A DNA stretch of 63,459 nt, counting the filler, from Dimargaris cristalligena (Eukaryota), in NCBI GenBank assembly GCA_003614675.1. It is 25 parts of 25 records of this genome, joined end to end, with 100 filler letters (N's around TTAATTAATTAA, not from the genome) between each part and the next. Parts side by side here need not be neighbours in the genome. Positions count along the whole stretch, not along the records: positions 1 to 2,483 come from ML004197.1; positions 2,584 to 5,058 come from ML004198.1; positions 5,159 to 7,630 come from ML004199.1; positions 7,731 to 10,196 come from ML004200.1; positions 10,297 to 12,759 come from ML004201.1; positions 12,860 to 15,321 come from ML004202.1; 19 more parts are not named here. One strand, written 5' to 3'. Shown here piece after piece: positions 1 through 13,021 of this stretch. Each line of letters begins with the position of its first letter. Position 1 is the stretch's first letter. The notes beneath the pieces are model-generated. The model worked only from the letters and a program-made list of their open reading frames with translations, made no database searches and had not been told where the DNA came from. A program made the translations under genes and the position numbers.

Positions 1-2
1 TC

Positions 3-1106
3 TGGTTTGGTGATCTTAACTACCGAATCACCCTTCCCTACGACCAAACCAAGGCCATGGTGAGCCAAAATCGCATTGCGGAGCTCCGGGGTTATGACCA
101 GCTCTCCGGCCAAAAGGCCATTGGCAACATTTTCCACCAGTACTACGAAGCCCCCATTACCTTCAGTCCCACGTACAAATTCGACCCCGGTACCAATCGG
201 TACGACACCAGTGAGAAGCGCCGAACGCCGTCTTGGACGGACCGTATTTTGATTCGCGCGGATGGATATTACCCCGACGAGGAAAGCGAGAGTCACTCGG
301 ACGAAGATGACCACCCCAGGAAAACAATTTATCTACGGGAATCGCAGCGGAATACTGCCCGGGAGAAGATCATGGGCGGCAGTCGGCGTCGCCAGTCCCA
401 TAGTTCATTACACTACCGGGTTCTGACCTACACCAGCTCGCCCCTCACTACGTCGGATCACCGGCCTGTTTTGGCCCTAGTCCAGATCAACGCCGTGGAA
501 ATTAACCGGCCCCTTCGTCATCTGATTATCAAGGCCATTCAAAAGCAAAAGGCGATTGAAACCGGAACCAGCGGAGGGGGAGGTGGCCTTTTACGTCCCA
601 CGACGGGCCAGTTGATTAATGTCGACGATGCCAATGGCTCGCCCAGCCCCTCGACCGATTCCCTATCCACAGCGGCCACTGCGAAGGTGAAGTTATACCA
701 CAAGAAACCACCGCCGCCACCCCCACCTTCCAACAAACTCCGGAAGCCCTCGTCCTCCTCGTCGTCCCCCGCGCCATCTACCCCGCCCGTCTCGACCTCG
801 GTCAGTACTCAGGTTGCTGGTAAAGTTACCCTACCCCCGCCCAGCTCAGATACGGCCCTGTGGTGGAATAACTCCTCTTCCGCTGCCTCTATTAGTGCCG
901 CCGAAGTTACTTTTGACCCATTATCGTATAATCCTTTCCGAGACTCGGCCCTTGCTTTCGAAAAGGCCAAACGGGAAGCCAGCCTGGCTCTACCAAAGGC
1001 TGCGGCTGCCCCGGAAAAACTCCCAGACTACCTTGATGATATCTTTGAAAACCACTCCGACGATTTGGACACCTGGGAACCCATGTCCCCCCATACCCCT
1101 CTTTAA
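3..1106 (+). CDS. Inositol polyphosphate 5-phosphatase (synaptojanin/Inp51-53-like), 5'-truncated: end of catalytic domain plus Pro/Ser-rich tail
   Basis: Frame from base 3 reads WFGDLNYRI, then DQL, PTYKFD and RTPSWTDRIL and SDHRPV, the IPPc signature motifs; tail has KKPPPPPPP and an NPF motif. Confidence 0.92.
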   Translation, partial: WFGDLNYRITLPYDQTKAMVSQNRIAELRGYDQLSGQKAIGNIFHQYYEAPITFSPTYKFDPGTNRYDTSEKRRTPSWTDRILIRADGYYPDEESESHSDEDDHPRKTIYLRESQRNTAREKIMGGSRRRQSHSSLHYRVLTYTSSPLTTSDHRPVLALVQINAVEINRPLRHLIIKAIQKQKAIETGTSGGGGGLLRPTTGQLINVDDANGSPSPSTDSLSTAATAKVKLYHKKPPPPPPPSNKLRKPSSSSSSPAPSTPPVSTSVSTQVAGKVTLPPPSSDTALWWNNSSSAASISAAEVTFDPLSYNPFRDSALAFEKAKREASLALPKAAAAPEKLPDYLDDIFENHSDDLDTWEPMSPHTPL

Positions 1107-1964
1107 TGCGGCGGGATTGTAGGTTTTTCTTTTACTTGCTTTGTCTAATAATGCACCACCATGCCCAATTAAAACGGGTTGGTAATATAATACAAGTTTG
1201 TTTCAGTTAGGTTAAACACTACATGTGGCGATTTCGTAATATTCTATACTATTGATATTGCTGAGGCCACCGTTAAGTGATTTGCTATTCGTGAACGGAG
1301 GCATGGGTCATACTTTGGGTGCAATGTGGGCAAATACAAACAGATTGGGTGTAAGCAGAAAAAGAAATTTCCGCGAATGCGCCAGTGGAGTGCATTTCAA
1401 TGTCACCCAATGTACTACCATAAGGAGCTTTGCTTAGGTACATGCGCCAAAGAATATTACGTTTTTGACGATCACCGGAATGCCTCAACGTCAGTACACT
1501 ACAGTTAGATCCCACAGTGAAACTCAGCACTCATGTGACGGATAAAAACATTGTCTCTTTTAAGAAGTACTGGCAACATATTAATGGTAGTTTATTAGGG
1601 GGCTGTATCAAAATGGGTGGGGGATGGGGTCTGTGGTCTAGTAAAAAGCTCTAAGTAATAGCTGGCGGCCTTTTAGAGGAAGAGGGGGTCATATGAGTAA
1701 ATGGATAAAGAAAGGGGGGGGGGGGCAAATGAAACACGAAGTGTTTGAAGCGGCAAGCGCCCGTTGTAATATACCCAATAACGGATGACAGATTCATACT
1801 ACAGATGAAGATCCTTACAAATGCGGCTCGGGGGGTACAGGCGCGGGTAGTCAATCCAGTTTATAACTCCTTGGACATGTGTATTAGGAAAGAGTTGCTG
1901 GGGCGGTAATTTGCAGGCGTGTTCACACGACAGCTCTGGCAGCTAGAGGAAGGAGCCGCACTTT

Positions 1965-2141
1965 TCAGAACCGAATCACCAACATTCTACTGTTGGCCAT
2001 GACTACGGGGGACTTCTTCCGGGCGAATAGCTGAGGCGTGAACCAGGTGGCCATTGAGGACTGGGGTGGCATAGGGTAGGCTGACGATGCGACAAATAAA
2101 GTGAAAATGCAGACCAATGTGGCTAAACACGACAAATTCAT
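1965..2141 (-). CDS. Possible small secreted protein (about 58 aa)
   Basis: MNLSCLATLVCIFTLFVASSA-YP looks like a signal peptide; no recognisable domain. Confidence 0.3.
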   Translation of the reverse strand: MNLSCLATLVCIFTLFVASSAYPMPPQSSMATWFTPQLFARKKSPVVMANSRMLVIRF

Positions 2142-2483
2142 GGCGATATTATATTCGGAGTGTCCAAAATAGGAAACTAGGGAATGGTAATGGTAATGCG
2201 ACAAATAGGAACTAAAAAAACTAGAGGAACGAGGGGGTGGGATAGAGGGGTATATATTAACCAACCATTGCTTATGATTAGTGCCAACTTCACTAATTTG
2301 GCCCAAGGAAAACGAGGCAGCCGGTGGAAGACGTGCTCTAAACACCAGGTTTGTGAATAATACTATTCAACTGAGTGGGAGTAAGTTGATCCTGGTATTG
2401 CTCAGTAAAAGTCCATATACGCTTACTTCCCCCCCCCAACGAGTATGACGATGATTACCATATCCTCCTTTCATAAAACCGTA

Positions 2484-2583
2484 NNNNNNNNNNNNNNNNN
2501 NNNNNNNNNNNNNNNNNNNNNNNNNNNTTAATTAATTAANNNNNNNNNNNNNNNNNNNNNNNNNNNNNNNNNNNNNNNNNNNN
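2484..2583. other. Artificial contig linker (N-run + TTAATTAATTAA + N-run), recurring about every 2.5 kb through the window
   Basis: Identical six-frame-stop linker between N runs; contigs fall steadily in length. Confidence 0.98.
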
Positions 2584-2660
2584 ATCATCACCTTTCCCTT
2601 TTATTATCTATCTTTTCAAATAAAGTTCAGTTTTCAAGGATTTGATTTCAGTTCTTTACA
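2584..2660 (-). repeat. LTR-like terminus, family E (TGTAAAGAACTGAAATC...); other copies at 7576-7630, 35643-35712, 45733-45848 and about 58546-58730
   Basis: Near-identical sequence starting TGT at five contig ends. Confidence 0.7.
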
Positions 2661-3763
2661 GCAAGGAAATCTGGTTTTAATGACACCTCCAAATTGGGAG
2701 ATGAAGAGGGGAATACAGTTGAGGCATGGGTTCTAGTCAATCTCCACCCCTCATGTTGAAACTTCTCAGTTATATCGTCACTCAATATCCACTACCCAAC
2801 TTCTTCCTTTGCAGCATCCCCTTCTGCAACACTAAATGATGGCCATAGGAATTGTCATATGTGGTCATAAATCATTAACCATGTCACTTAGGTTGTATCT
2901 AGATCTATAAACTTATTAGTTTTGGATCAGTTTGGCTAATCACAGGACCATTACTAATGCATTTTCTATAGACAGCTAGATACACCAATATTATATAAAT
3001 GTCAAGAGAAATCAATGCACATGCATGTGGTGTTAAAAAAAAATGACCAGAAATATTAAGTACCTCATGCAATAACTAGTACCAATATTAAATGCATAAT
3101 TTATGGCTATTGAGATACAGGATAATCCACATAATCACAACTAGACTCATTGCCCCAGTTGTTACCTGAGCTAAGCCTTAGCATGTCATAAAACTGTAGC
3201 AGTTGGCAGTGTGGGGAGGGTGTGTTAAGCATTGATGAGTGTGGTCAAGGGTGATTTCCAAGCTAACTTGATAGGGTAAATATATGTTTTTAGAAAGGTA
3301 TTATATTAAAGCATGGGTAGCCGGGGTGATGTATGTGTTAGTCTATTTTATTATCCTTGTTTGTAAGGTAGTTCAGGCAGGTTGGCTACTGTTTGCTGAT
3401 CTTCATTGGGTATTGGTTCCCTGAGGATTCAGGTGACTTGTTGGCTTCCTGAGGGAGTCTCTCCATCCATGGTGACACTATAAGTTGACTGTATTGTTTT
3501 TGCCCATTAGTCCAAAAGCAGTTGTCAGCAGTTTCCTGCCATTCATAGTCCCTCAAATTAATGTCCTAAGTCATATTAATTCACACATACTCTCACTTTC
3601 TACTGACTTAACAAGTTTGACTGATAAAAATTGGAATTGACCAGCACTAAAATTAAGCCATACACCCTTTTCTATACCTGTCTCAGTGAACAAAAGCATG
3701 GCAGACAGTTAGGTTGGTAATGAAGAATGAATCTAATCCCCATCACAGATCCCATGTGCAGGA

Positions 3764-4190
3764 TGTCACCTGGGTTTACCATTCTTAGTCTATCAAGAGT
3801 CCTAAGGATAGGCTTCTAATGGTAGGTGGGGCTTAGGCTTGGCTAAGTGGGCTATAAGTGTTAGGTATAGGCATGGTACTAGCTAATAAAGGCTAAGTAC
3901 AGGTATAGGTAAGGGACCTACAGTGGCATACTTACTGGTTAGTACAATAGGAGTGAGCATATATAGGGTTTATTAGGGGTAAACCAGGGGGTAAGAATAA
4001 GCTAAGGAATCTAACTGGTCCCAATGGGGCCTAGTTATATATATATAGGGATGACTCCAGAGGGAGGTCCTGGGGGGGGGGATTACTAAGACTAAGGTAT
4101 AAGTAAATAGGCTGACTAGATAGCCATAGGTGTCCAGAAGCCTTTGATGTTAACTGGAAGAGTCTTTGGATCTGCACTTGAGCAATTAGT
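3764..4190 (-). repeat. Family A LTR copy, degenerate
   Basis: Shares CAAGAGTC..GATAGGCTTCTAA..GTAGGTGGGGCTTAGG and CCCAATGGGGCC blocks with 59760-60323. Confidence 0.8.
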
Positions 4191-5158
4191 ATACCATTGG
4201 TGGCCAATGCTGTGGTAGTTGTGTATTATATGAAATTCATTTCCTTTATCCCACAGATTCTATAACACAGAGGCTGGCAAATTCCTGCAATAGCCACCTT
4301 CAATATCTGCTATCTGTGAGAAAATACTATCATAGTAAGCCATACATACCAGCTTGCAATCACTGTCACTACCACTGGTTAAATTACAAGATCAATCACT
4401 CTTGAGAAAACAGATACTATACTAATCTGCTCCAGTCAGGCATTATATGGCCAATGGCTCTACTGCTTTTGAAGTTCGCGAAATAAAACCCCCCATCGTG
4501 ATACCAAAGTAGCCTGCCCCGTTGTATCAACTGGGGTCAGGTTGAGGTCTTGAAACTCAGTTATGTGCTGGAAATCAGTTTGCGTTGTTTTTGGAATTGG
4601 TTAAGGGGCTCAAGTGCGTGCACTGGCACTACAACAACCCCTTAAACTGGCCATCCGAGGCCGCTGTTTGGCCATATTCTTTATTGAAACTGCTCACCTT
4701 AAAGTCGTTGGCTTAATTTGACTTGATAGTGATATTATACTAATTTGCTGCAAATGGCCAGTTGTCAACAGGGATACCATTCGCTGATGAATAAGAGCCA
4801 CATATGATTTTTTGAAACTAAAATCTATTGGTAATATTGTTATATACCCCTGGTTGCAGAACAATCTACCCTATAAAAACCAGCCCAATTACCTTTATTG
4901 CCACCCAATTGGGTATACGCTTATTATGGGAGTCAGATACCAGTCTTTGCAGTTAACACTTGAAGGTTTACTCTACCCACCTTCACTACTGGTCAGAGAT
5001 TCCCTTAGATCACACAGGGGTATTCTGAACTCATTTAAATGATGTTAATGAATGAGTCNNNNNNNNNNNNNNNNNNNNNNNNNNNNNNNNNNNNNNNNNN
5101 NNTTAATTAATTAANNNNNNNNNNNNNNNNNNNNNNNNNNNNNNNNNNNNNNNNNNNN

Positions 5159-5209
5159 GATATATTTTTGTTGTTCATTTTAGTGGCCTGACACCACCAC
5201 ACTGTGACA
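5159..5209 (+). repeat. 3' end of LTR family B (...ACCACACTGTGACA), abutting a family A LTR; second copy at 7731-7814 abutting gag
   Basis: Same roughly 50 bp ending in TGTGACA in both contigs, followed by different element interiors. Confidence 0.7.
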
Positions 5210-5466
5210 CCGGTTAGTACCTTAGCTTATTCTTACCCCCGTAGTTTACCTCAATAAACTCTATATACGCTCACCCCCTAGTACTGACCAGTAAGTGTGC
5301 ATCTAGTGCACGGACCTCACCTACATCCTACGCTTACTTTATTCGGTTAGTCTTGTCACTGCCCCTAACACTAGTAGCCCGCTTGGCCGTGTCCAACGCC
5401 CCGCCTACCGTTAGAAGCCTATCCCCGAGACTCTTGACGGACTAAGAGTGGTGAACTCGGGCGACA
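5210..5466 (+). repeat. 3' half of family A LTR, CpG-rich (little eroded) copy
   Basis: Ends GGGCGACA, the inverse of the TGTCGCCC start seen at 63283. Confidence 0.85.
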
Positions 5467-7814
5467 ATAATACTTTAGATGGACGATCAATGTGGAAGGG
5501 TTGAGACGCATGATCACCGGAAAATTCAGACCCTTATAGAAAGGCAGGGGCGAATCGGTAAAATAGGGCTACTGAAAAGCGTATGCGCGTGTGTGTGTTT
5601 GGAGGAGGAGAAAGAGGACGTTTAGATGGACGACCTAGAAGAATCCATGTGAAAATAGGATTGGGAGGATCCACGAGAATTTAAGGAATGTCCAAGCAGG
5701 ATGGTGTGAGTTGGGCCAGCCGGCATATTAATAGTGAACCTTGATAAAGCAATGGTCTCCTTTAGGACAGTGTAATTGCTGCTCCCGAGAGGTGGGAGGC
5801 TGGTCATGGATTTCACTGGTGAAAATGTATTAGCCAAATGCGATTCTTCGACTTCGGTTTTGGCCCCCAGCGGTCGATCATTTGGGAAGCAAAAAAGGCC
5901 AGTGCCGAAAGTCAATTTGTCATAGCGGTAAAAGAAAAATCCAAACTTCTGACTTGAATAGATATGAAATCTGACTAAATTGGATGGGTCCGGCTCCCCT
6001 CCGAACTACAAGCATTAATTAATTCTCGGGCAAATAGAAACCACTCACGCTCCAATACCATCCTAGGCTCCTTGGCTTGGCCAATGCCAACGGTGAAGAG
6101 GAAATGCATCCCACTTCAATGGAACTACTGCGGGAACTAATGGTAATAATGGCTGATAATCCTCCCGATAAATGGATAAGGGCTATGTGAGAAATATCCC
6201 GAATAAAAGCCATGCTAAATGGGATAGTCCAACTTATAGCCTAACCCAGTTGGGTGGCCGAACAAGCCAATGACTCCCATAGTATAATGCTTAATACCCC
6301 AATGGTCTGGTAAGGCAATCATATATTTTTATAAAATGTAACAGTCCAAGAGTATTTGGCATATTGGGATTCATTTTTTATTCACGCTTCATTCAGTCCC
6401 CAAGGCCATTGAATTGTCAATGCTGGTTTTTATGAGAATCGGTTGATATCCCAGATGTACTCCGAGAATCTGGTAGAGCCTCGGGATCTTCTAGTGAACG
6501 TCAATAGTTAATAAAATGCGCTCTTTCCAATATTGCCAGCACAGAGTATGCCTGTAATACTATATTTACTGCCAGAATATTACACTGTAGATGAGGATAC
6601 GACCGAGCGTAGGATGGTACTTGAAAGTAGACAGGGACAGCCATAGCCTGCATTCGAATGCCATGGGACGCTATGATCCGAATAGGCTGATCCCACCACG
6701 TAGCTAAGAATAGATACAGCCAGAAGCTATGCACGATAGATGCGTATGTATCGTTAACTAATGGACGTCCTCTATTGACGGAAACTCGCTGCCACCATCA
6801 GCCCACCCGGCGCTGAATTGCGGGGCCGTTGAGGAGTTACACATGGTGCATGTCCCCGGGGAGTAAGCTCGGTTTTAGCCAAACAAAAAAATACGGACTA
6901 GGACTAATTGCCGACTCAGTCAATGACGCGCAAACCCAAGGGCGTAAGGCCAGGAGGCTGGCAGCTGCTAATACTGACGATGCTAGGTCCCTGTATTCTA
7001 CCGAGACGGGACTGGACATTGGTGTGCATCCCATGTCCTATTTAAAATAGGCTGATATATAGCCCCTTGGGGGGACGGCGCTTTAACTGCCCCATAAACA
7101 CAAGACTACCGACAATTTAAATTGGTTTCCTCACCAAACTTAATAAGTTTTCTAATGCATGACTCTAAAGAAGCTGCTTATGGGGGATATATATCATCAA
7201 CATTTTGGAGATATAAAATGTGACACTTTAGTCTGGGCTGGATATTAATAGTTGCTTCCAGCAAGGCCGCTTCATATTTAACCTGGCTATAAGCTTGCTT
7301 TTCCCCCCTATGGACTACCAACATATAGGTTTTTAATATTGATAAACTGGACTCATTTTTATACTTTCAACAATCATTCACTCCCCATAAACATAATCAA
7401 CTTCTTTACCATTTCCACTGTGCAATTGTAGTGCCATCCGGAGGTCAGCACTTATCCCCGGACTATGGGCAGCTAGCCCTCATTGTCAGAGGGCGGAATA
7501 TGCTGTGACATGCAATGGCAGTATCAGTCCCGCCATTTACCCACAAATATATATATATATATATATACCGCCTACTGTAAAGAACTGAAATCAAATCCTT
7601 GAAAACTGAACTTTATTTGAAAAGATAGATNNNNNNNNNNNNNNNNNNNNNNNNNNNNNNNNNNNNNNNNNNNNTTAATTAATTAANNNNNNNNNNNNNN
7701 NNNNNNNNNNNNNNNNNNNNNNNNNNNNNNCCAGTTCACCTGGAGAAGCCACCCTGCCCTTTTTGATATATTTTGTTGTTCATTTTAGTGGCTTGACACC
7801 ACCACACTGTGACA

Positions 7815-8731
7815 CCGCCAGTGCCGCTCAACATGCTGAATCTACTGCCCAGCATGCCGAAGTTACTGCCCAACAAGCACAGGCTACTGTAGGATAGGCA
7901 TCCTATCCACCTAATCCTTCAGCTGTTTTACCTGCTCCGAGCTCCATGGTTTATAAACGTAAGCCCCGTGATATTGTCCCTTACTCTGGGCGACAACAGG
8001 AAAGTTTCCAGGCTTGGAAAACGATGGCTGAGATCGTAACTGATGGCCGTTGTGCATCTGAGTTTGAGCAAGTACAACACTGTGCTCTTTTTCTTTGAGG
8101 AAATGCCATGAAGTGGTATACCCAGACTATTCAGACCCATCAGCACTTTCAGTCATGGGATTCCTTTTGTTCTGCCTTATCGAAGGCCTTTCATGATCCT
8201 GATGCTGCTGCACATCTTTGTCAGCAGCTCAACAACATGTCTTTTAATCGAAATATTGTTCAGTTTACCGATAGATTCATGGAAATTGCTACCCAAATCG
8301 ATGACTTGGCTCCTGCCGAGGGCATCTTTTGTTATCTGAGTAAATTGCCAACCACTGTGGCTACCATTGTTCAATGTGAGGGTCCCACGACCCTCCAGGA
8401 GGCTGCCCATAGTACTCAGAGTGTGTATGCCAGTATGCATCCTAATACCTCCACCATTCGTCAGTATACTGCACCAGTAGACCCCCAAAATGGTCTGACA
8501 CCCATGGAATTGGATTCCTTTGCACTGTTGACACCTCAAGAACGTAATCGTCTGAGATGAGAGAAAGGATGTTTCTATTGTCGTAAGACCAGCCATATGT
8601 GCTCTAACTGTCCCCAGTTGGGAGGCCAGGCAAATCGTCAGGTCAGACCTAATTCCCAGTCAACCAGACTGACGGAAAATACCAGTACCTTGGAGGTCAC
8701 CCCAGGCCCCTCCGAGGTCATTCCTCTCTAA
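7815..8731 (+). pseudogene. Ty3/gypsy gag, disrupted (LTR insertion at 5' side, stop at 8558-8560)
   Basis: Homologous to gag at 20608; PMELD motif and CFYCRKTSHMCSNC zinc knuckle after the TGA. Confidence 0.88.
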
Positions 8732-10196
8732 TTTCTTCTATAGCCATTCCCAATACTAGTAGCCCTTTTACTTCTACATTGCACCCTTTACGTCTACAAT
8801 ATACTAAAGCTGATCCTTTGCTTTCTGACTTAAAATGTGCTTATGAATATGCTGCTGGTTTTGATATTCCTTGTATAAGAAACCAAGACTTACTGCCTGA
8901 AACAACTTATGTTATATCATTGGGGATTCACATTGAACCTCCAGATGGATATTTTATTCAGCTTCATTTACGATCCAGTTCTGCTAAACGGGGTCTCATA
9001 TTACAGGCAGGAATTATAGACTCTAACTATCGGGGTATCATTCAATTTGTTATTTTTAATTCCAGTCCTAGTGTATTTTCCATTTGTAAAGGGGATTATA
9101 TTGTACAAGGTATTCTTAATAAGCATTATCCTGTTTCCCCCATCATTTCTGACAACCTATCTACAACTTTATGCCAAAATCAAGGATTTGGCTCTAGTAC
9201 TATGGCTGTACATGTAGGAAATTCTCATCCCCTTTTACTTTTAACTGGTAACATCAATACTACTGTAGTAACAACCCTATTCAATCCTGGTGCCACTAAC
9301 AATTTTATTTCTTATCAAGTAGCACATCAAGCCAAATTATCAGCAATTCCTTTAAGTCAGCCTCAAGAAGTGCGCTTAGGAAATTCTACTACCTCATTGA
9401 TTACCCATACTACTACTTTCAATCTTACACTAGGAACATTCTCTCAATCGTTCACAGCTTGTATACTAGAAAAAGCTCCATATGATATTCTTTTAGGCCA
9501 ACCATGGATTCTAGAAAATATTCCCCAGCCACAATGGCATAAGTATTCCTTATTTCTTCCTAAATCCAATACTTATTTAAAAGGATATCCTAGTTTTACA
9601 TCAAGATCCTTACCTAACAGAACTGCTTTATCTACTGTTGAAGCCTCTGAAATTTTAAATGACTTAAAAACTCAAGAAGGTTTTCTTATATTAGTACAGC
9701 CATCAACCAAAGAACCCCCTCCTATTCCTAGTATATACCAATCTATTCTTACACCCTTTCGGTCCACCATTTTAGGCCCATTACCTAGTGGACTTCCACC
9801 AGCTAGAGCCATTGATCATTGCGTGGATACTGGAGACACCACTCCCATTTATCGTCATCCATACAAACTTCCTCATTCCGATCTTCAAGAACTCCATACC
9901 CAGCTAGACGATTACTTAACTAAAGGATGGATTCAACCAGGAGCCTCCCCTTGGGGTGCTCCCATTATCTTTGTCCCTAAAAAATATGGATCTCATCGAA
10001 TGTGTATTGATTATCGGGCCCTAAACTTGAAAATGGTAAAAAATCGATATCCTCTACCTCATATTAATGAAACCTTTGCTTGTCTGACTGGTGCTCACAT
10101 ATTTTCTAAAATTGATTTAAAATCAGGATATCATCAAATTCGTATTCATCCACCTGATATTCCTAAAACTGCTTTTAATACTAGGTATGGCCAGTC
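8674..10196 (+). CDS. Ty3/gypsy pol in -1 frame: dUTPase - aspartic protease (catalytic D->N) - RT N-terminus; cut by contig end
   Basis: dUTPase motifs [38 protein letters not shown]...[47 protein letters not shown]. Confidence 0.93.
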
Positions 10197-10295
10197 NNNN
10201 NNNNNNNNNNNNNNNNNNNNNNNNNNNNNNNNNNNNNNNNTTAATTAATTAANNNNNNNNNNNNNNNNNNNNNNNNNNNNNNNNNNNNNNNNNNN

Positions 10296-10354
10296 NGTAT
10301 TTGCCTCATCAAATGGATTTTTCGTTATACAGCCTTGTTGAACTACTCCCATAT
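10296..10354 (+). mobile_element. Partial copy of 144-bp MITE-like family
   Basis: Matches the 3' end of 30418-30561. Confidence 0.75.
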
Positions 10355-11096
10355 GACAATCGATGACAGGCTACAAGGCCTGGCGGTCTTCTTCATATAT
10401 CTAATGCATAGATACCTCGCATGGTTATGACTTAACATTCCAATTTAATTGGGTAGCATGAGGTTCTAGCGGACCGCGGTACCCGAGTTGGAGGTATGGT
10501 GAAATTAGAAATCGCCCACAGAGACCTGGCCTTGGCATTGCTTAATATATAGGTGAAGATATCCCCCCCCTCCACTTCCCCCTCCTCCTCCGTGAATTCG
10601 GAAAATCCGAAACTAGAGCTGGGGAGTTTTACCCGGGTATACTAAAATAATATATTTTTAGAAGGGTTGTGGGCGGATGTGTGTCACCTTATACTAGACT
10701 AGCTAACCTTCTAGACCCATACCAACTCAAACCCGATGGGGCGGGTTATGGTTTCCGAATGAGTCAAATTGTGCATCCGGTTGGTTTTTTTACCTTATAC
10801 ACTCTAGTCGCGGCCCCCTTTCAGAGCGTGGCACACGCCCTTTTGCCATTAGTTTCGGCAGCTGTTCTGGATATTTCCATATTTGTTTTTTGTGGAATAT
10901 AGGTTCCAGGTCAGTGGTAGTAATATTGGTGGAAATTGGGTGGTCATCATAGAAGTGAATAAGGTGGGGTTCAATTTTGGTGTCCATTTGACCGCCTAAG
11001 TAGGAGGGATTTTACCCTCATTTGGATGGTGATGTAGTGAAAGCCACGAACTATCCGTGGAGTATATGAGAATTGGTCCTGTACTTTACAACGCAA

Positions 11097-11136
11097 TACT
11101 CTACTCTGCTCTACTCTACTCTACTCTACTCTACTA
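11097..11136 (+). repeat. (CTACT)n microsatellite
   Basis: Directly visible pentamer run. Confidence 0.85.
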
Positions 11137-12859
11137 TAATATTGGTTTCCACCGGATCGGTTCAGCAAGGAGGCAAACCGACCTTCCCCCCCCCCTAGCC
11201 ATAGATTAAATCCCATATTGGTAGATAGGGCAGGATGCCCTTTGACAATGGGTCATCTGATTCCTGTCCTTGACGTATACATGAGGGATACACTGCGCGC
11301 GGCTACATGTAATCAATAGAGAGGAGGATCGACTGGGGCGTTCTTTGTACTATTAATTGGTATTGTGGGGCAGAATAGGCACGCATGCACTGCAAGCAAT
11401 CGGCATTCCATGGTAGCCCCCCCACATTTCAGACAGAGATGAGTAATTTGATACACCTGCCGTCCCTATACCTCCCCCATTCGTTTGACGGCAGGGGGAA
11501 AGTTCACATCGGCAGCAATATGTGTGCCATCCGATTAAGTCAGCGTATATAATAGATAAATGTCTATGGAAGTGGAGATGGGTGTGTGGTATATAGGATA
11601 CAGTGACGGTAGATGTTGATGATGATGGCAATGCGTGATTCGCGTACCTTCTCTCTCACTGTGCTTCTAAATATTAAAATAGTGCAGATATATCATCAAT
11701 TCGCCCTCATAAGACTTATTTTCCTCCACTTCTTGGGCTGCACTGGTATGTGCCATGACAACATACACCGATGTTTCCTCTTCGCTCACCTACGCCAAAC
11801 TTGGCAACGACGGGGCCACATTGCCTAAATCGGCCATTTTCCTATTAGACACCCATGTAGGGGGATGGAAGGTGGCTAAACCCTCCCGGACCACATATCC
11901 CCCTCGTCTTTCCCCCTCACCTTACCACTACACCATATCTCGCATCTTAACAAGCGCGCGGGTCTTATGAATTGGTCCTAAAACCAATTGGCGGGGCGCT
12001 GGTATCACATTTTATGACTCTCCTCTCCCATGTTCCGAAACGAACCCCACCCACCAAGAAACCCGTACCGCTGGTAATGTGAAATGACACTTACTGGGCG
12101 TAGCCAATGTGTCAGATGGCGAATAAATCGTATATAAAGGAATGGATGGGCGGCGCTGCCTCTGCAACTGGTTCCTTCCATCCTCCATTGTTCATTTCAT
12201 AACAGTACATATATATATTTACTTATTCCTTATTTATTCACCGAATCGAGTCTCTAGGTGCACTAATAATATAGTTATTGCACGGCCGATTGTAATACTC
12301 TCCCTTCCCCCACTTTGTATACTCCAACAAAAAAAAATTCACCGTGAGCTTGGTACAAGGTAAGCGTCTGGTTATTTTTTCCCAGTTCTTTAGGACCGGT
12401 TGGTATTCTCTAGCCAGTTACTGTGGGCTGTTCCATTTTGTTTGGGCATGTGTTGGCCTCCGACATATCCCATTTTAGGGGCATTGTAGTTGTCGTATCC
12501 CGTGTTACCTGTAGCTCGGAACTGCTCTCCCCGCCCTTATCAGCGACTAGGCTGGTATTATGACCGTTTCTCGTTGGTGAACTATATAGCTCCTGGATCC
12601 TCATCGGGCTTCAGGGTTTGGCTAAACCAGTGAGCGATTGGCCAGGGTACCCGGTCTACTGGTAGCGCAGGTGGTAGTGGAGTAGTGAATATCGGGGTGG
12701 CCGAGAAGGCATGGGGGGCTTTTACCAGCAACTTACTCTTCAGGCCAATCCATGATGTGNNNNNNNNNNNNNNNNNNNNNNNNNNNNNNNNNNNNNNNNN
12801 NNNTTAATTAATTAANNNNNNNNNNNNNNNNNNNNNNNNNNNNNNNNNNNNNNNNNNNN

Positions 12860-12924
12860 CATGCTGTGATGGCATGGCGGATCAGTTCGTTTTTGTCGGA
12901 CTTGGCTGCGGTGGTCTTGGTCAT
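12860..12924 (-). CDS. Start of bacterial hypothetical protein (MTKTTAAKSDKNELIRHAITA...), cut by contig end
   Basis: ATG downstream of the ParB-like gene with GC3-rich bacterial codons. Confidence 0.5.
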
Positions 12925-13021
12925 GATTGGTCTTCAATAGATTGTGGCTTGCGTGGTCCGAGCACTCGGCTCGGACCACCTTTGTCGGGTTGCCCGCGCG
13001 AGCGGGCGGGGCCGTTTTTTT

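Noticed and set aside
2527-2540. Regularly spaced TTAATTAATTAA as a CRISPR-like or biological repeat
   Set aside because: Always embedded in N runs; a six-frame stop linker
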